A stretch of 64,000 nt of DNA from Marsupella aquatica (taxonomy: Eukaryota > Plantae > Marchantiophyta), in the NCBI GenBank assembly GCA_973895155.1, contig OZ316895.1:2095659-2159658 (forward strand), given 5' to 3'. The first letter of the stretch is position 1. Every line of letters starts with the position of its first letter. The notes below the pieces were generated by a model that saw only the letters and a list, made by a program, of their open reading frames with translations, did not search any database and had not been told where the DNA came from. The translations under genes and the position numbers were made by a program. Shown in pieces: positions 23,001 through 40,970 of this stretch.

Positions 23001-26000
23001 TAGAAATATTTTAAGCTTTAGAGATTTAAGAGCGAATGGACTCCACGTCCAAATTGGGAACACTAAATCCCAAGAGGTTCTTCACATTGTTGAAGTTACA
23101 CCTCTAGGAAAAATAATCAGAGAAACTTTATTCTCGTACTCATGTGGGTTCTATCTAACACACATTGAATGCCTGCACAATACAATTCAAGCCAAATCTT
23201 TGAACAAGCTATGGCATACACGCCTAGGCCACCCTGGCCAATCTATGCTGAATAAAATAAAGAAGCATGCTCAAGGCATACCAAACAATATCCGCCATAT
23301 TGCACTAACTACACCATGCTCAGCATGCTCACAAGGCAAGCTAATCGCTAAACCCTCATTTTCAAAATTGCCAAACAAAATACCTGAATTCCTAGCATTT
23401 TTGCATGCTGACATTTGCGGCCCGATTAACCCACCTAGCGGACCGTTCCGCTACTTTATGGTGATAATAGATGCATCCACTAAATGGTCAAATGTGACCT
23501 TACTTTCCACACGCAATTTAGCAATACCCCGCATTCTAACGCAGATTTTGCGCCTGAAAGCACAATTCACAGATCAACCCATTAAGACATTGCGCGTAGA
23601 TAATGCAGGGGAGTTCACATCATCCACTTTCGATGACTTTTGCACATCACTTGGTATTGATATTCAATACCCAGTACCACATGTCCATTTCCAAAATGGA
23701 TTGGCTGAAGCAGTTATCAAACGCCTACAACTAATAGCACGCCCCCTACTAATGCAGGCACAACTACCTGTTACTGCATGGGGCCATGCTATCTTGCATG
23801 CTAACGCATTAATACAATATAGGCCATCTGCATTTACCGATTATAGTCCTTACCACCTGAATAATGGTAGACAACCTGACCTAACCCATCTTCGATCGTT
23901 TGGATGTCAAGTTATGGTTCCCATAACTCCACCCAAACGAACAAAGATGGGACCCCAACGACAGTTGGGGATTTATGTCGGATATGACTCTCCGTCGATT
24001 ATCCGATATTTGGAGCCTACCACAGGTGACCATTTTAAGGCTAGATTTGCAAATTGTCATTTTGATGAAAATATTTTTCCTAAACTATATAACCCTGACA
24101 CGAACCCACCACCACTTTTGGAGTGGGAATGCACTTCCCCATTTTGGGAAGATATTAGAACAAATCAGGGGGAGAAGGAAGTACAGCGCATCTTACAACT
24201 CCACAAGATAGTGGAGGAGTTACCTGATTCCTTTGTGGATACCACACAGGTAACTCGGTCGCATATTCCTGCGGCAAATGCACCAGCGAGGATCCAAATT
24301 CCAGTTAATATAGCTGGAGCTCAACAACCTCGACAAAAACGAGGTCGACCTCTCGGTGCAAAAGATAAACAACCACGAAGACGACCTTCGTCTACACCTA
24401 GTTCACCAATCATTACTTCGAACTCTTCTCCAAGTAATGACGAAATATCAATCCATTACACTCATTCTGGTGAAATTTGGGACCGACAAGTCACCATTAC
24501 AAACGAATGTTTCGCATTCATGGTTGCTAAAACCATTACGGACGAAACACCAGAACCATTAACCATTATAGAATGCCAGAACAGGCCCGACTGGCCTAAA
24601 TGGCAAGAAGCTATTAATGGAGAACTTGATTCTCTATTAAGTCGAAACACATTCGGCTCAGTGGAATTAACACCACCAGATGTCCATTTAATTGGATATA
24701 AATGGACCTTTGTCCGTAAACGTAATGATAAGGGACAAGTTGTCCGTTATAAAGCCCGCTTAGTCGGGAAAGGCTTTACTCAACAACCTGGTATTCATTA
24801 TGATGAGACCTACTCACCAGTAATGGATAGCATAACTTTCAGATACCTTATTAGTTTTGCAATTTTTCATAAACTAAAAATGCGACAAATGGATGTCGCT
24901 ACTGCATATCTTTATGGGACTTTGGACATGTGTATTTACATGCGTGCACCACCGGAATTAGAAGCACGTAAGCGTGCTTTAGCTCAAGGAGCTAAATCCC
25001 ATATTCCATATTTACATAAGCTCATTCCAATATCATCTAATTCTTCTACTAATGTGTCTAACACACACTCTGACACCGCTGTGTCCACTGTACGGCATAC
25101 CCGCCGCGGACTAGCTATCCGCGTGTTGAAGGCTCTATATGGCCTTAAACAAAGTGGCAGGGTATGGTATCAAAGATTTACCGATGAGATGATATCCATG
25201 GGATTTTCCCATGATGCTATTGCACCATGCTTATTTATTAAGCATGTTGATGATGAATTTGTCATCATTGCGATCTATGTTGATGATTTAAACATTTTTG
25301 GCACTCCAAAAATTACTGAATATACCATCACCACTCTAAAGTCCACTTTCGAGATGAAAGACCTTGGTCAAACTAGTTTTTGCTTAGGTCTACAACTTGA
25401 AATCTTGCCCACTGGCATGTTATTGCACCAGACCACATATACTGAAAAAATCCTGAAATAGTTCAACATGCACTTAGCTCATCCACTGACATCACCAATG
25501 GTAATCAGATCCTTAGAAAATAGTACTGATGTTTTTCACAAATGCGAAGAACATGAACCAACCTTAGGACCTGAAACACCATACCTTTCAGCTATAGGTG
25601 CACTTATGTACTTAGCTAACCAAACTCGACCAGACATCTCATTTGCAGTCAACCTTTTAGCAAGACATAGCGCAAATCCCACCTCTCGCCATTGGAACGA
25701 CGTTAAACACATATTCCGTTACTTACGTGGACATATAGACACGGGATTATTTTTCCCGTTTAACTCTACACATGAGATTGTGGGATATGCTGATGCTGGT
25801 TATCTTTCAGATACCGACACTGCAAAATCTCAAACAGGATATGTCTTCCTTAGTGGACGCACAACTATTTCTTGGAAGAGCGTTAAACAAACTTTAACAG
25901 CTACATCTTCTAACCACTCCGAAATTTTAGCTCTTCATGAAGCTAGTCGAGAAGCTGTATGGTTACGATCACTTATAAACCACATACAAGTACAAAGCGG

Positions 26001-26660
26001 CTTAAACGGTCTAACTCAACCTACTAATATATTTGAGGACAATGCAGCTTGTATTCAACAGATCACACGAGGATTCATTAAAGGTGATCGTGTGAAGCAT
26101 ATCGCACCAAAGTTCTTTTACACTCATGAACTACATGGAAAAGAAATCAATGTGATGCAGGTAACAAGCGAAGACAACTGTGCTGACCTATTCACCAAAT
26201 CGTTGACACCAGCTATTCATCAACGACACTGTCACAAGATTGGTCTTCGGAGCTTACGCAAGATGATGTCAGAGACTTGACTGGAGCTATTACCACTATC
26301 GAAATTTTCAAACTACTCATGAGGATCACAAGACTATACTCTTTTTCCTTTAAGAACTATAGATTTTTCTCTACTTGCAAATTTTAGAGTTTTTATATTA
26401 AGTTGCTAAAGGTTTTAACGAGGCAGTCTTCCTCCATTGTATCAATATCATGTAATTTATAAACATGATATATTAAATCTAGTTATAGCGCAGTTGACTA
26501 CATAGTTACCACTACATAGTCAAGGGGGAGTGTTATACTCTACCTATAACTAGAGTCACATAAACCATGGTTATCTTAACCCAGACAACTCCATGTATAT
26601 ATACCACATTCATTGAGTAAACAGATGATGGAATCATTATCACATTTCTATTCCACAACA
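20002..26660 (+). mobile_element. Full-length Ty1/copia LTR retrotransposon, Bianca-like, very recent insertion
   Basis: LTRs 20002-20131 and 26531-26660 (130 bp, TG...CA, identical by eye). TSD AAAAC. PBS cgttatcagcacga at 20132-20145. PPT aagggggag before the 3' LTR. Gag begins MANLEKLQFPALELEGSNCLAW. Confidence 0.96.
21709..26280 (+). pseudogene. Copia Gag-PR-INT-RT-RNase H polyprotein with one in-frame TAG (25459-25461)
   Basis: CHQCGMNNHLAREC zinc knuckle, IIDSGTT protease, WHTRLGH...CSAC and DNAGEF integrase, IYVDD RT, GYADAGY RNase H. The frame continues in phase after the TAG to 26280. Confidence 0.93.
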
Positions 26661-27689
26661 AAAACATCATAAAACTTGATGTTGTAACCGAGAGTTAACC
26701 TGTATTGATAGATTACTCTATTATATATTATCTAGAACTATACATATATACTTATTTAATGATGTACTCTACATACGTACGTATCATTCATAACTCCACT
26801 CCTTATCACTGTATCTTGACAAAAATTCAGTAACTCTCATTGGCTCCATGTTTGCGGCGTGCATATTTTTTAATTCTTTGTTAAATTGTACCTCCAACAA
26901 AAATTTGCACATCATGTATGTCAATCAAGTATGTGTAAAATATGTACGCATCTCAAGTGTGTGTAAAAAATACACATCTCAATCATTTGCGCCTCATTTA
27001 AAACTTTGCACCTCATTCGAAAGTACTTACAAATATTTGCACATATTTGAAGTGCTTGAGAAAATTTTGTGTCTGCCTCTTAAACTTGGCCGTTGTAACT
27101 TAGAAAGAAAATAAAAGCACACACACATCCATTGTTGAGGCTTTTTATTTCCCATTCCTCTTTTACTTGTTTGAGGTGTAATTTTTGTCATCTCCTCGGT
27201 AATGTGAGAAATATAAATCCAGAGAAGTACACAAAACATTGTTTTGTGATATGGATATTTTTTATTTAAGTCTTTAATAATAATATTTATTAGAAAATGA
27301 ACTAATGATATAACATTTATACCTCATAAATGAAGAGAATTAATATTTTAATCAATCAAAAGTGTTCAGATATTATTATCTACTAACTTTTGAAAAAATA
27401 AATTACTAACCATAAAAAAATTGGTCACCCCTTCTTCAATGACCAATATATTTTTGTTGTTTTTGACGGAAAAAAACACTGTGCAACCTTTTATATTCCC
27501 TACTCTCCTCATCCATTCCTATCTCCAAGGAACAAGACTCCCCCACCAAGTAATTCTCTGGACCCACAGAAGTCTCGATGGTATCTCTCTCTCCCACCAA
27601 GTTTTTCTCTGGACCCAACGTGGTCGATTGCATCTATCCATCCATTACTGTAACGTTCTATCCATCCATCTACAGGACAGGGCTCTCTG

Positions 27690-28780
27690 AGCCTCTCGCT
27701 GCCCTTCGTCCATGGTACAGTAATCGCAGCAGCAGCAGAGAAAACAAGCACCTCGGTAGCTGGACGCAGAAGATCTTAGCTGCACGAGACGAAAACGGCG
27801 GAATGTGCTTTCTGAGGCTGACATTTAGCGTACTGTAGTACTGTAGTAGCCAGGAGAATCAGCTGAGAGGCGAGGCTCTGCATTTGGCCAAGAAGAGCAG
27901 AGCAGGGCAGAGATTGTGTTTTTGTTATCGTTTCGTTGCAGCAGTAAGTTGTTGTTGTTGCGGTTTCAGCTGCGATCGTCAGTGCTGGTCTCGATCGTCA
28001 GTGCTGGTTCCATAGCTGCGCTGCAGACGGCTGCAATTCAGGTGTGGATTTCGATCGGAAGCCATAGCGAGCTCTCTTTGAGAAATTCTGGGACTGTCTG
28101 GTGCCGTTCCATACTTTTTTTTTCGTCTTACATTTTAGCTGGGCTTGCGGTGTTTGTGTGTATTTTAGTGGAAGTGCTCAGTCAAGAGAAGCCTTTTTGT
28201 GGTCTGCGTGTTGACAATGCTTGATCTAGAATGTATGGCGTTGTCATTTGTTGGAGTATAGTTTTTTCCGACGTACACATATCTTTGTTGCCACGGTCTG
28301 CAATCTGTGGTTGGTTGTGCGTATTGCATCGTAGAAATTGGTTTTCCCAGTGTTTAATTTAAGACTGTGAACAGCGTCCTTGATATGGGAACTATGACAC
28401 TCCTCGGAAGCTTTAGAGGTAGCACTTAGGACCTCTGTATTTCTCTCGAGATTGTGGTGGAGGTATCCACCTAGAATTCGACCTTCTTCGCTTGAGAGTT
28501 GACGATCTTAAGACCAATGGATCAATAGCATGTTACGAATTTTCCATGGTTCCCGTCCCAAGAAGTGAGTGCAATTTATGTGGTGTCCGTTGTTTTATGG
28601 GGCGTATTGTGGCATTTGGGTCGATAGGTTTGCTCTTGGTCGGAGTTCCTGTCCTTCTGGAGTATGTCATTGCGACTACGTAGGACAGGGGTTCTTTGTC
28701 TTCCGTTCAGTTATTTCGTCAGCATTGATCGACACCTGAGAAGTGTGCCTGCCTTGGTGTCTTTTTGTTGTACAATTTTT
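27690..28780 (+). promoter_or_regulatory. Putative 5' leader exon and first intron of GGAT, paralogous to 44530-45578
   Basis: Collinear similarity with the tRNase Z upstream region, including the donor CAG|gtgt (28042 vs 44849) and a 40-bp identical block (28216-28255 = 45016-45055). Confidence 0.7.
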
Positions 28781-28971
28781 CACACATGCTATGTAGTCAG
28801 GCCTTGTGAGCCTCACATCCAAACATTATGCCTTGTCACACGTACATTAGTCGAGGCACAATGACCATGGCACACTCTGTCCCTTGAGTCACCCTGTATT
28901 TGTCCCTGTGGACAGACAAACGCAAGGAAGGAAGGAAGTTTCGCTACTCCAGGGCCCTCACTAGCTCGGGA

Positions 28972-34602
<5,631 letters not shown>

Positions 34603-36594
34603 AATGGGGCTAAAATTATCATCAGCTTTTTGCCAGGCAGCGAAGGAAGGTAAAGCCTGTAATTATGCCCGCTTTCGCTATTTTCCCGGTGGTCTGGGGG
34701 AGTGGTTCTCTTCCAGAATGACCTGGACTAAAGCACTATCATGTAAAGTTTCTATTATTCTGAAAGGCGTCTCTGCTATTGATCCGGCCCGATGAAAGAA
34801 ACCTTTCAAGGACGGTAATGGTTCCACTTGGTGAATCATTCAAGCATTTAAGGCGTGTGCACTGTTTACCTGGGCACCTTATTTATATTGCTGATAAATC
34901 ATTTGATGTGTATAATTTATTATCAGTGTATGTAGACAGTTGCGGACGGCTTGAGTCTATACGGAAGCTTTATAGTAGGACAGTTGACAGTAGTTTCTGC
35001 CGAGGAGTTGCTCAACCTCAAGGAAAAATGTTATTATAAACATAATTAAATGTCCAGGGTACCTCTAGCAATGGGATGGTCCGGTCTTCGCATCAGTCCA
35101 GTAGCTGTGACCCTGCGCATAAGTTCAAGTCCACTATCGTAGTTGTCTTCTCATCGCAATGGTGTCTTTCAAAACAAAGTGAATCGAAAGGTATTTCAGT
35201 CCAATGGAAAATACTACCGTACACGAGGCTGTTGTCAAAGCTTGTTACGAATTGAGCCACGCCGGTTCTATACTACCCTTAATGTCTTGGTGGCAGGACA
35301 CCCGGGCATTGTTTTCCGACGAAATGATGAGTAACTTGCTGTGGGTGATAGTTTCTACCCTCTAAACAGTGCGTCTTAAAATGAAGAATGGTAATGGACA
35401 GCAAGTGGCTTCAGAATTGATGAAGGAATCCGAATCGAGTCAGTTTGCTTATGCAGACTAGAACATACACGACTCTACGAGAATAGTGTTCTCCTTGCTA
35501 TATCTCCTGTTCTTCCAGTCAACCTTTTACTTGTATAAGACAGGGTTCCCGCAAATGTAGTCCGGGCTGGTCTAAAGCAGTCGCAATCCTAGTACAAGAA
35601 ACACATATCGCATCCTAGTTCAAGGCTTAACCCTGAATCGAATACTTGATCTGTACCCTTCATAACTATGAGACTCTTGTTGCTCGCAGTATGACTTTGG
35701 TCATGTACTTTGGTCATGTACTCCAGAGAATTAATAATCTTATCTGGTTAGAGGCACGGATCTCATACACTCATTTTCAGAACGAAATCCGTCAGCCTGA
35801 CTACAACTTTAACCTCTTGTTTTACACCTAGTTCTGTACCCTTAGCAACGAGTGGTGAATGAATTCTTATTGAGATAGTTCTAAGATGTAGCTTGGAATA
35901 CATGGGGAATTTTCACGTAGTAGAGTACCAGATTCCTGGATGTATTGGACCGTGAAGTCATGACAGATTATTAGCCTGCCGCACCACTTCTCAATGTGAA
36001 CTCCACAAGACGAACAGCCCTTTGAGCGCAAATGTAATGAAACAAGGATTGAAATATGCCGAGGGATAGCAATTTCACGCCCCCCTTCAAAACCTCTACA
36101 CCAGACGGGGAGATGCCGAACAAACGGGGTGCAAAAATCAAAACACCCCTTTAGGGAATCTTGGGGTTACCTTCAAACAAAATGGCTCCTTGGGCATGCT
36201 TTTTTTCGTCTAGTAAGTGTGTACAGCCATCTATCACCACATCATTTTCCCCCTAATCGGTGGTTGGAATAATCTACAGAACTGTAACAATTGCAACTCA
36301 TTGGCTTTCCCCTGGTGAATTCTCTCCACTATTATAAAGACATCCCAGCTCTACTCTGGCACTCAACTCTCGACCATGAGGACTTTCCAACATGTATCCA
36401 TTGTGTGAAACGAAGAGGATATCGCTCAAAAAATCAACGAGTCATGTTGCAGGACAATGGATTGTGGCAAGGCATGGATGAGTCCTGCAATCAGGTTCAC
36501 ATAAAATTGTCGAATGACACAACTGTCTACAAGGGCCTGCATCAAAGTGGAACACGAGAAGGATAAGAAGGATCCGATGGATAAGACAAGGCCC

Positions 36595-38376
36595 CTATAT
36601 GTTCAAATAGAACAGCTCACCGTCCTCGTAAACTAAGTTCTTGTTCAGCTCCATCTCGAGCTGGTCTCCACCTTTCCTCGCTTGCTCAATCCGTTTCTGC
36701 TTCTGAATTTCAGCTTTGAGAGACAGTTTGCTTTTCTGAAACAGCTCTTCCTGTTTGATTCTCAGATCTGCTTCAAACTTCTGCTTAAACTGATTCTGGG
36801 CCTCCGCATCACGACCTTGCTTACCCTTACCCCTGGCCTTACTTTGCTCCGATCGCCCTTCACCTTCACCCCTGGTATGTAGGCCCCTTCTAGGTATCCA
36901 ATTTTTGTGAGTGGCTTGGGGTTCAGCGCCGTACTGTGACCTAGATCTAAAATCCTGATGCTCATCTTTCTTGGGCTCTCCATCGAGACCGAGTTTACCA
37001 ATGCTCCTAGGCGTGTCTTGTCTAACCCTGGGTTCCATCGGTCGTCGTCGCCAATTCAACTCCCTGGATGCCTGAGACAACGAGTCACGCCCGAGCTGGG
37101 TTTTGCCTCTCAGATCCTGCTCCTTGTGATTATTCCACGAATCTGCTCTCAGGTTGTGCCGACTCCTCGGACTTCCATAGGGACTTCTAGGGCTTTTACC
37201 TCGAAGCTCCTGCTCCTTGTGATTACTCCTTGTCCCTTCTCTGATGTCCTCCCTTGGGGATACGTAAACACGCAGCTGGCTTTTGCCTCTAAGATCATTC
37301 TCATTGGGGCTAATCCTCGTACTAGCTCTAATGTCTTGACTATGTGAAACCCCGAAGCCCTGATGGGCTTGACCTAGCGTCCCCTCAAAACCCTGCCCGG
37401 TCTCTCTATGCTCCTGCTCCTGCTCCTGCCTATCACTACTTTTATCTACACTAGTATTTTGACAGCCTATCCTATCTGGATCCGTGTCAGGGGCCCTTGT
37501 GTCAATATCCTCACTGACATCCGCCCATCTGCCGAAACTCCGTAAGGCTTTCAAGCTTGCAAACGACGGGTCTACTTTGTCATGACTTTCTTCTTCAACC
37601 TCTTGCGGACCCACTACTGAACTCGTAAATTCGCTCTCATGGAGGTGTTGTTCATCATGGACTTGCTCCTCCGAAATGCTTTTCAACCCTATTTCGTGAC
37701 CTTCCGCTGCTCTTTGTAGGTCAATGCCTGAGGCATCTGGGCCGGGGTCAGATTCATCAGCATTCCTTTGAAGTTCCTGTTGGTCTGTTTGCGTACCTGC
37801 ATCACGACAGTTGTGCAATGCTCCACCTGCTGAAAGCTCTTCTCCGGCGTCTTTCTCCTGCTTTTTCTTACCTCCATTCTTCTTCCACAATCTGCTCCCC
37901 TTCGACCGCTTCTTACCAGGAGACGACACCATGAGAGGGCCAACTTCGTCTGGCCCAGTGGGAGGTGCATCTGCCAGGCCGACAGGACTGACCTGTGAAT
38001 TGTCCACATTGAGGACGCCTTCCGCATCATCGATTTGCAATGACACCACTCCAGGGGTCTGGGGAGTGGAGGGAGGAGCAGCTTCGGTACGCTCTTCCTT
38101 CATTGCTGAGACGACAATACGGACCTCACCTTGATCCCCAACAGAATGTTGCTCTTCCAGTACTTCCGCCTTTTCCAATGTCGATCCGAATTTCTCCGCC
38201 AACGACTCGCCTTCTTCGTTCTTATCTGCTCCGCTAGTTGACACTGCACTCCTATCATCGTCCCGTGCTGATGGTAGCAGTGATGGTGATGGTCCACAAG
38301 GCTCGTGATCCTGGGCTTTAGCTTCAGGCCCTAAACCCTGCTCCTTCAAAACTTTCTGCGACAACAACGAAGACAT
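36595..38376 (-). CDS. Intronless 593-aa low-complexity protein of unknown function, possibly TE-derived
   Basis: 1.8-kb uninterrupted ORF rich in E/S/G/R/Q, three NxxDLRGKS/T-type repeats, RWAD motif, coiled-coil-like C-terminus. No domain recognised. Confidence 0.5.
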   Translation of the reverse strand: MSSLLSQKVLKEQGLGPEAKAQDHEPCGPSPSLLPSARDDDRSAVSTSGADKNEEGESLAEKFGSTLEKAEVLEEQHSVGDQGEVRIVVSAMKEERTEAAPPSTPQTPGVVSLQIDDAEGVLNVDNSQVSPVGLADAPPTGPDEVGPLMVSSPGKKRSKGSRLWKKNGGKKKQEKDAGEELSAGGALHNCRDAGTQTDQQELQRNADESDPGPDASGIDLQRAAEGHEIGLKSISEEQVHDEQHLHESEFTSSVVGPQEVEEESHDKVDPSFASLKALRSFGRWADVSEDIDTRAPDTDPDRIGCQNTSVDKSSDRQEQEQEHRETGQGFEGTLGQAHQGFGVSHSQDIRASTRISPNENDLRGKSQLRVYVSPREDIREGTRSNHKEQELRGKSPRSPYGSPRSRHNLRADSWNNHKEQDLRGKTQLGRDSLSQASRELNWRRRPMEPRVRQDTPRSIGKLGLDGEPKKDEHQDFRSRSQYGAEPQATHKNWIPRRGLHTRGEGEGRSEQSKARGKGKQGRDAEAQNQFKQKFEADLRIKQEELFQKSKLSLKAEIQKQKRIEQARKGGDQLEMELNKNLVYEDGELFYLNI

Positions 38377-39721
38377 TCACAAGAAACACTCGGTAAATGA
38401 TGCCGCGAAATGCTGTCAAAAATCTCCCAGCTTAGCCAGCAACAGCAACTCAACGAATGGAATGGAATGGAGAACTTTCTGTTTCGCTCTTTCTCACAAA
38501 TGCACCGAAAACCCTAGGCTGTAAGCAGGAGCTGGACTTTTTACCTGTTCTGAATTCATCATCTCAGCTTCCATACTTCCAAGTTCTTCCGTTATCATTC
38601 TCTCTTCTCCTCCCCCGCGTGCTCCTCTTTCTGCAGTTCTCGCTCCAGCTCCGTTTCCTTTAAACCCCTTTGCAATTGATGCTCCAGCTTCTGTTTTCTT
38701 CAAGGACGCTTCGAAATAGGAAGTGCGAGCTGCATCGTCACCTCCTCTGCTGCACCGTGCTCCGTACTGATAATCTTCAGTGAAAAAAATACTACCTTCC
38801 TCTGTAGGTCTTCTAAACCGTCTCTCTCTTAGAGGACTGCCCACAATCCTCGCCAACAGCAACGACAAATCTACTCGTCGCTTTCTGGGGTGGTGCCAAG
38901 CTTCTTCGTCTTCTCCTCCTCGTGCTACTTCCAACAACACTGGACCACTCCTCTGCCTCCCTCAATCGTTCCCTCTCTCTGTCTCTCTCCTTCCCCATAA
39001 AATTGTGGCACTGTTGTTCCTCCAGATCAAATTCTGAACTTTCAGCACCCAGCACCCTATGGCCTAAATCCCAGAAGAAGGTTTCTCTCTATCTCTCTCT
39101 ACACAGGCTTCTTACTCGTGAAGGCAGCAAGCAATCCAACGCAGCCCAGTCCCCTACCAGCTCTTCCTCACCGCTCATTCATACATTCCATCCGTCCATT
39201 TCCTTGACAAACTGAACTCCCATTGCACTAAGCTCTCATTGCACTAAATTACTCTGCTTCCCCCTTCTTTCTCGCTTTCGCTCAGTCCACACTTCTACCG
39301 ATTGAGCTCTCTCCTGCAGCAAGCACTTAGTCAGTCCAGTACTTCCCCCGCTCACGACCATACACTTTTTCCAGCTGCTCTACATGAAAGTACACCACTC
39401 CGCTGTAACTCTCTCACTAATGTGGAGGCAACCAGTGTTGATTTTAGGGCAGCCCCTCCCTCTCAACTCTACACGCAGCAGCAGCAACAACTTCCTGAAC
39501 TCCGCTGCGATTACAATTCCACTCTACAGCAATTTCACACCTTGCTTGGACTCAGTACCCGTTCAGTTCTGTACGCCGCTCCAAATCATGAGCACGCACA
39601 GCAACGCAGCAGCAGCAGCAGCGCAGACAGAATACAAACAGCAAAAGTCATGCGCAGGAAGAGCGGAAGCTGAACACCCAGGAAAGCTACAGTTTGTTGT
39701 GTGGAAGTCGCAATATCTAGT

Positions 39722-39865
39722 GTCTCCTTTTTCTGTTTCGGCTCTCGTCTCATTAAATTCCTCTAGTCTCTCTTTTTCTGTTTCAGCTCTCGTCTCATTA
39801 AATTCCTCTAGTCTGCCTCTTTTTCTGTTTCGGCTCTCGTCTCACTTTAAATTCCTCTAGTCTGT
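39722..39865. repeat. Tandem repeat, 3 x ~47 bp
   Basis: tttttctgtttc(g/a)gctctcgtctca..ttaaattcctctagtct repeated three times. Confidence 0.85.
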
Positions 39866-40970
39866 CTGCTTCTTGTTGATTGAGTTCCAGTGAACGATGA
39901 ATCGTCGTCATATCATTGTGAAAATGAAATGATATGATATGATGGGATGATGTGAAATAGTTTATTCAGTCAGTGTCTCAAATGGGCGTTTGCGGTCGTT
40001 TCAGCCGTTTCCCACAAATTTCCAAAGTCAATCCAGGGCCGTCGGTTGAAAGAGGGAATGGAGGCGGGATGGGTGTGGACGGCTCAGATCATCGCATCCT
40101 CGCCAGGGCTTCTGTACCTTGGACAGTGGTTACAGTAAACCCAGGACCAAAGTTGGACGGGTGTTGAGATGTAAACGGACCATTATGGGAGTTGAAAATA
40201 GGGGACCAGGTGAAGGTGTCCAGTATTGATAGGGCTCTCCACCGTTTGGAAATAGAATAGTTAAAACACCCTGGTAATAGGGCATTGTGGGCCATAAGGC
40301 TGTAGCTACAGCTTTGAGGCGCTATTATTCTCCACATTGCCTTTGTCCCAGGGATTTAATACACTTTCTATTTTAGTAAATGTAGAAGAAAAGTTTGATA
40401 GTACTCCAATCCAAATCTGGACTCTGTATTCTCCTCCATATTGCGCTGAATGTACAAAGAGAAAAGTCACAAAGACCTTATGTTCAAATACACCAAACTC
40501 ACATGGGCAATGTGTTTTTTCCCATAGCCCACTGCCACCCACATGTATCACTCTAAAATATGAATTGTTATGCCTAGAAAGACATGATTTTGTGGTAGCT
40601 CACTTGAATAGAAACTAAATAGATCTTGGGTTCAACTTTTGTGACTAACTTTTCCCTTTATGTGGGGTTTCAGAGATTTCCATTTCCCCTTAATTAAAAA
40701 AAAAGACCATGAATTGCCATTCAGTTACACTAGTACCTTTCCTTTTTATAAATGCTCACTCTTTTGGATGTTGGGAAGTGTTTGGTTCATCACATTGCCT
40801 AGGTCAGATTAGTGGTCTGTCTGAGCATCAACTTCTCATTGCGACAGTGCTGATAAACAACATATATTCACCTGTTGAGTAAAGAGTGAATACTATTTTA
40901 CAGTTCATACTCAAAAAAGTCCTTAAAAAGAACATTTGTGATTAATCTTTAATCAATCAAATGTGATTTT

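Noticed and set aside
25459-25467. Programmed stop-codon read-through in the copia pol
   Set aside because: The context TAG TTC AAC is not a known leaky motif and it falls inside RT; a point mutation is simpler.
35055-35140. Box A/box B-like motifs suggesting a tRNA or SINE
   Set aside because: No cloverleaf, tail or TSD could be built.
39302-39860. Poly-Q/poly-A ORFs on the + strand
   Set aside because: Driven by CAG microsatellite and the 47-bp tandem repeat.
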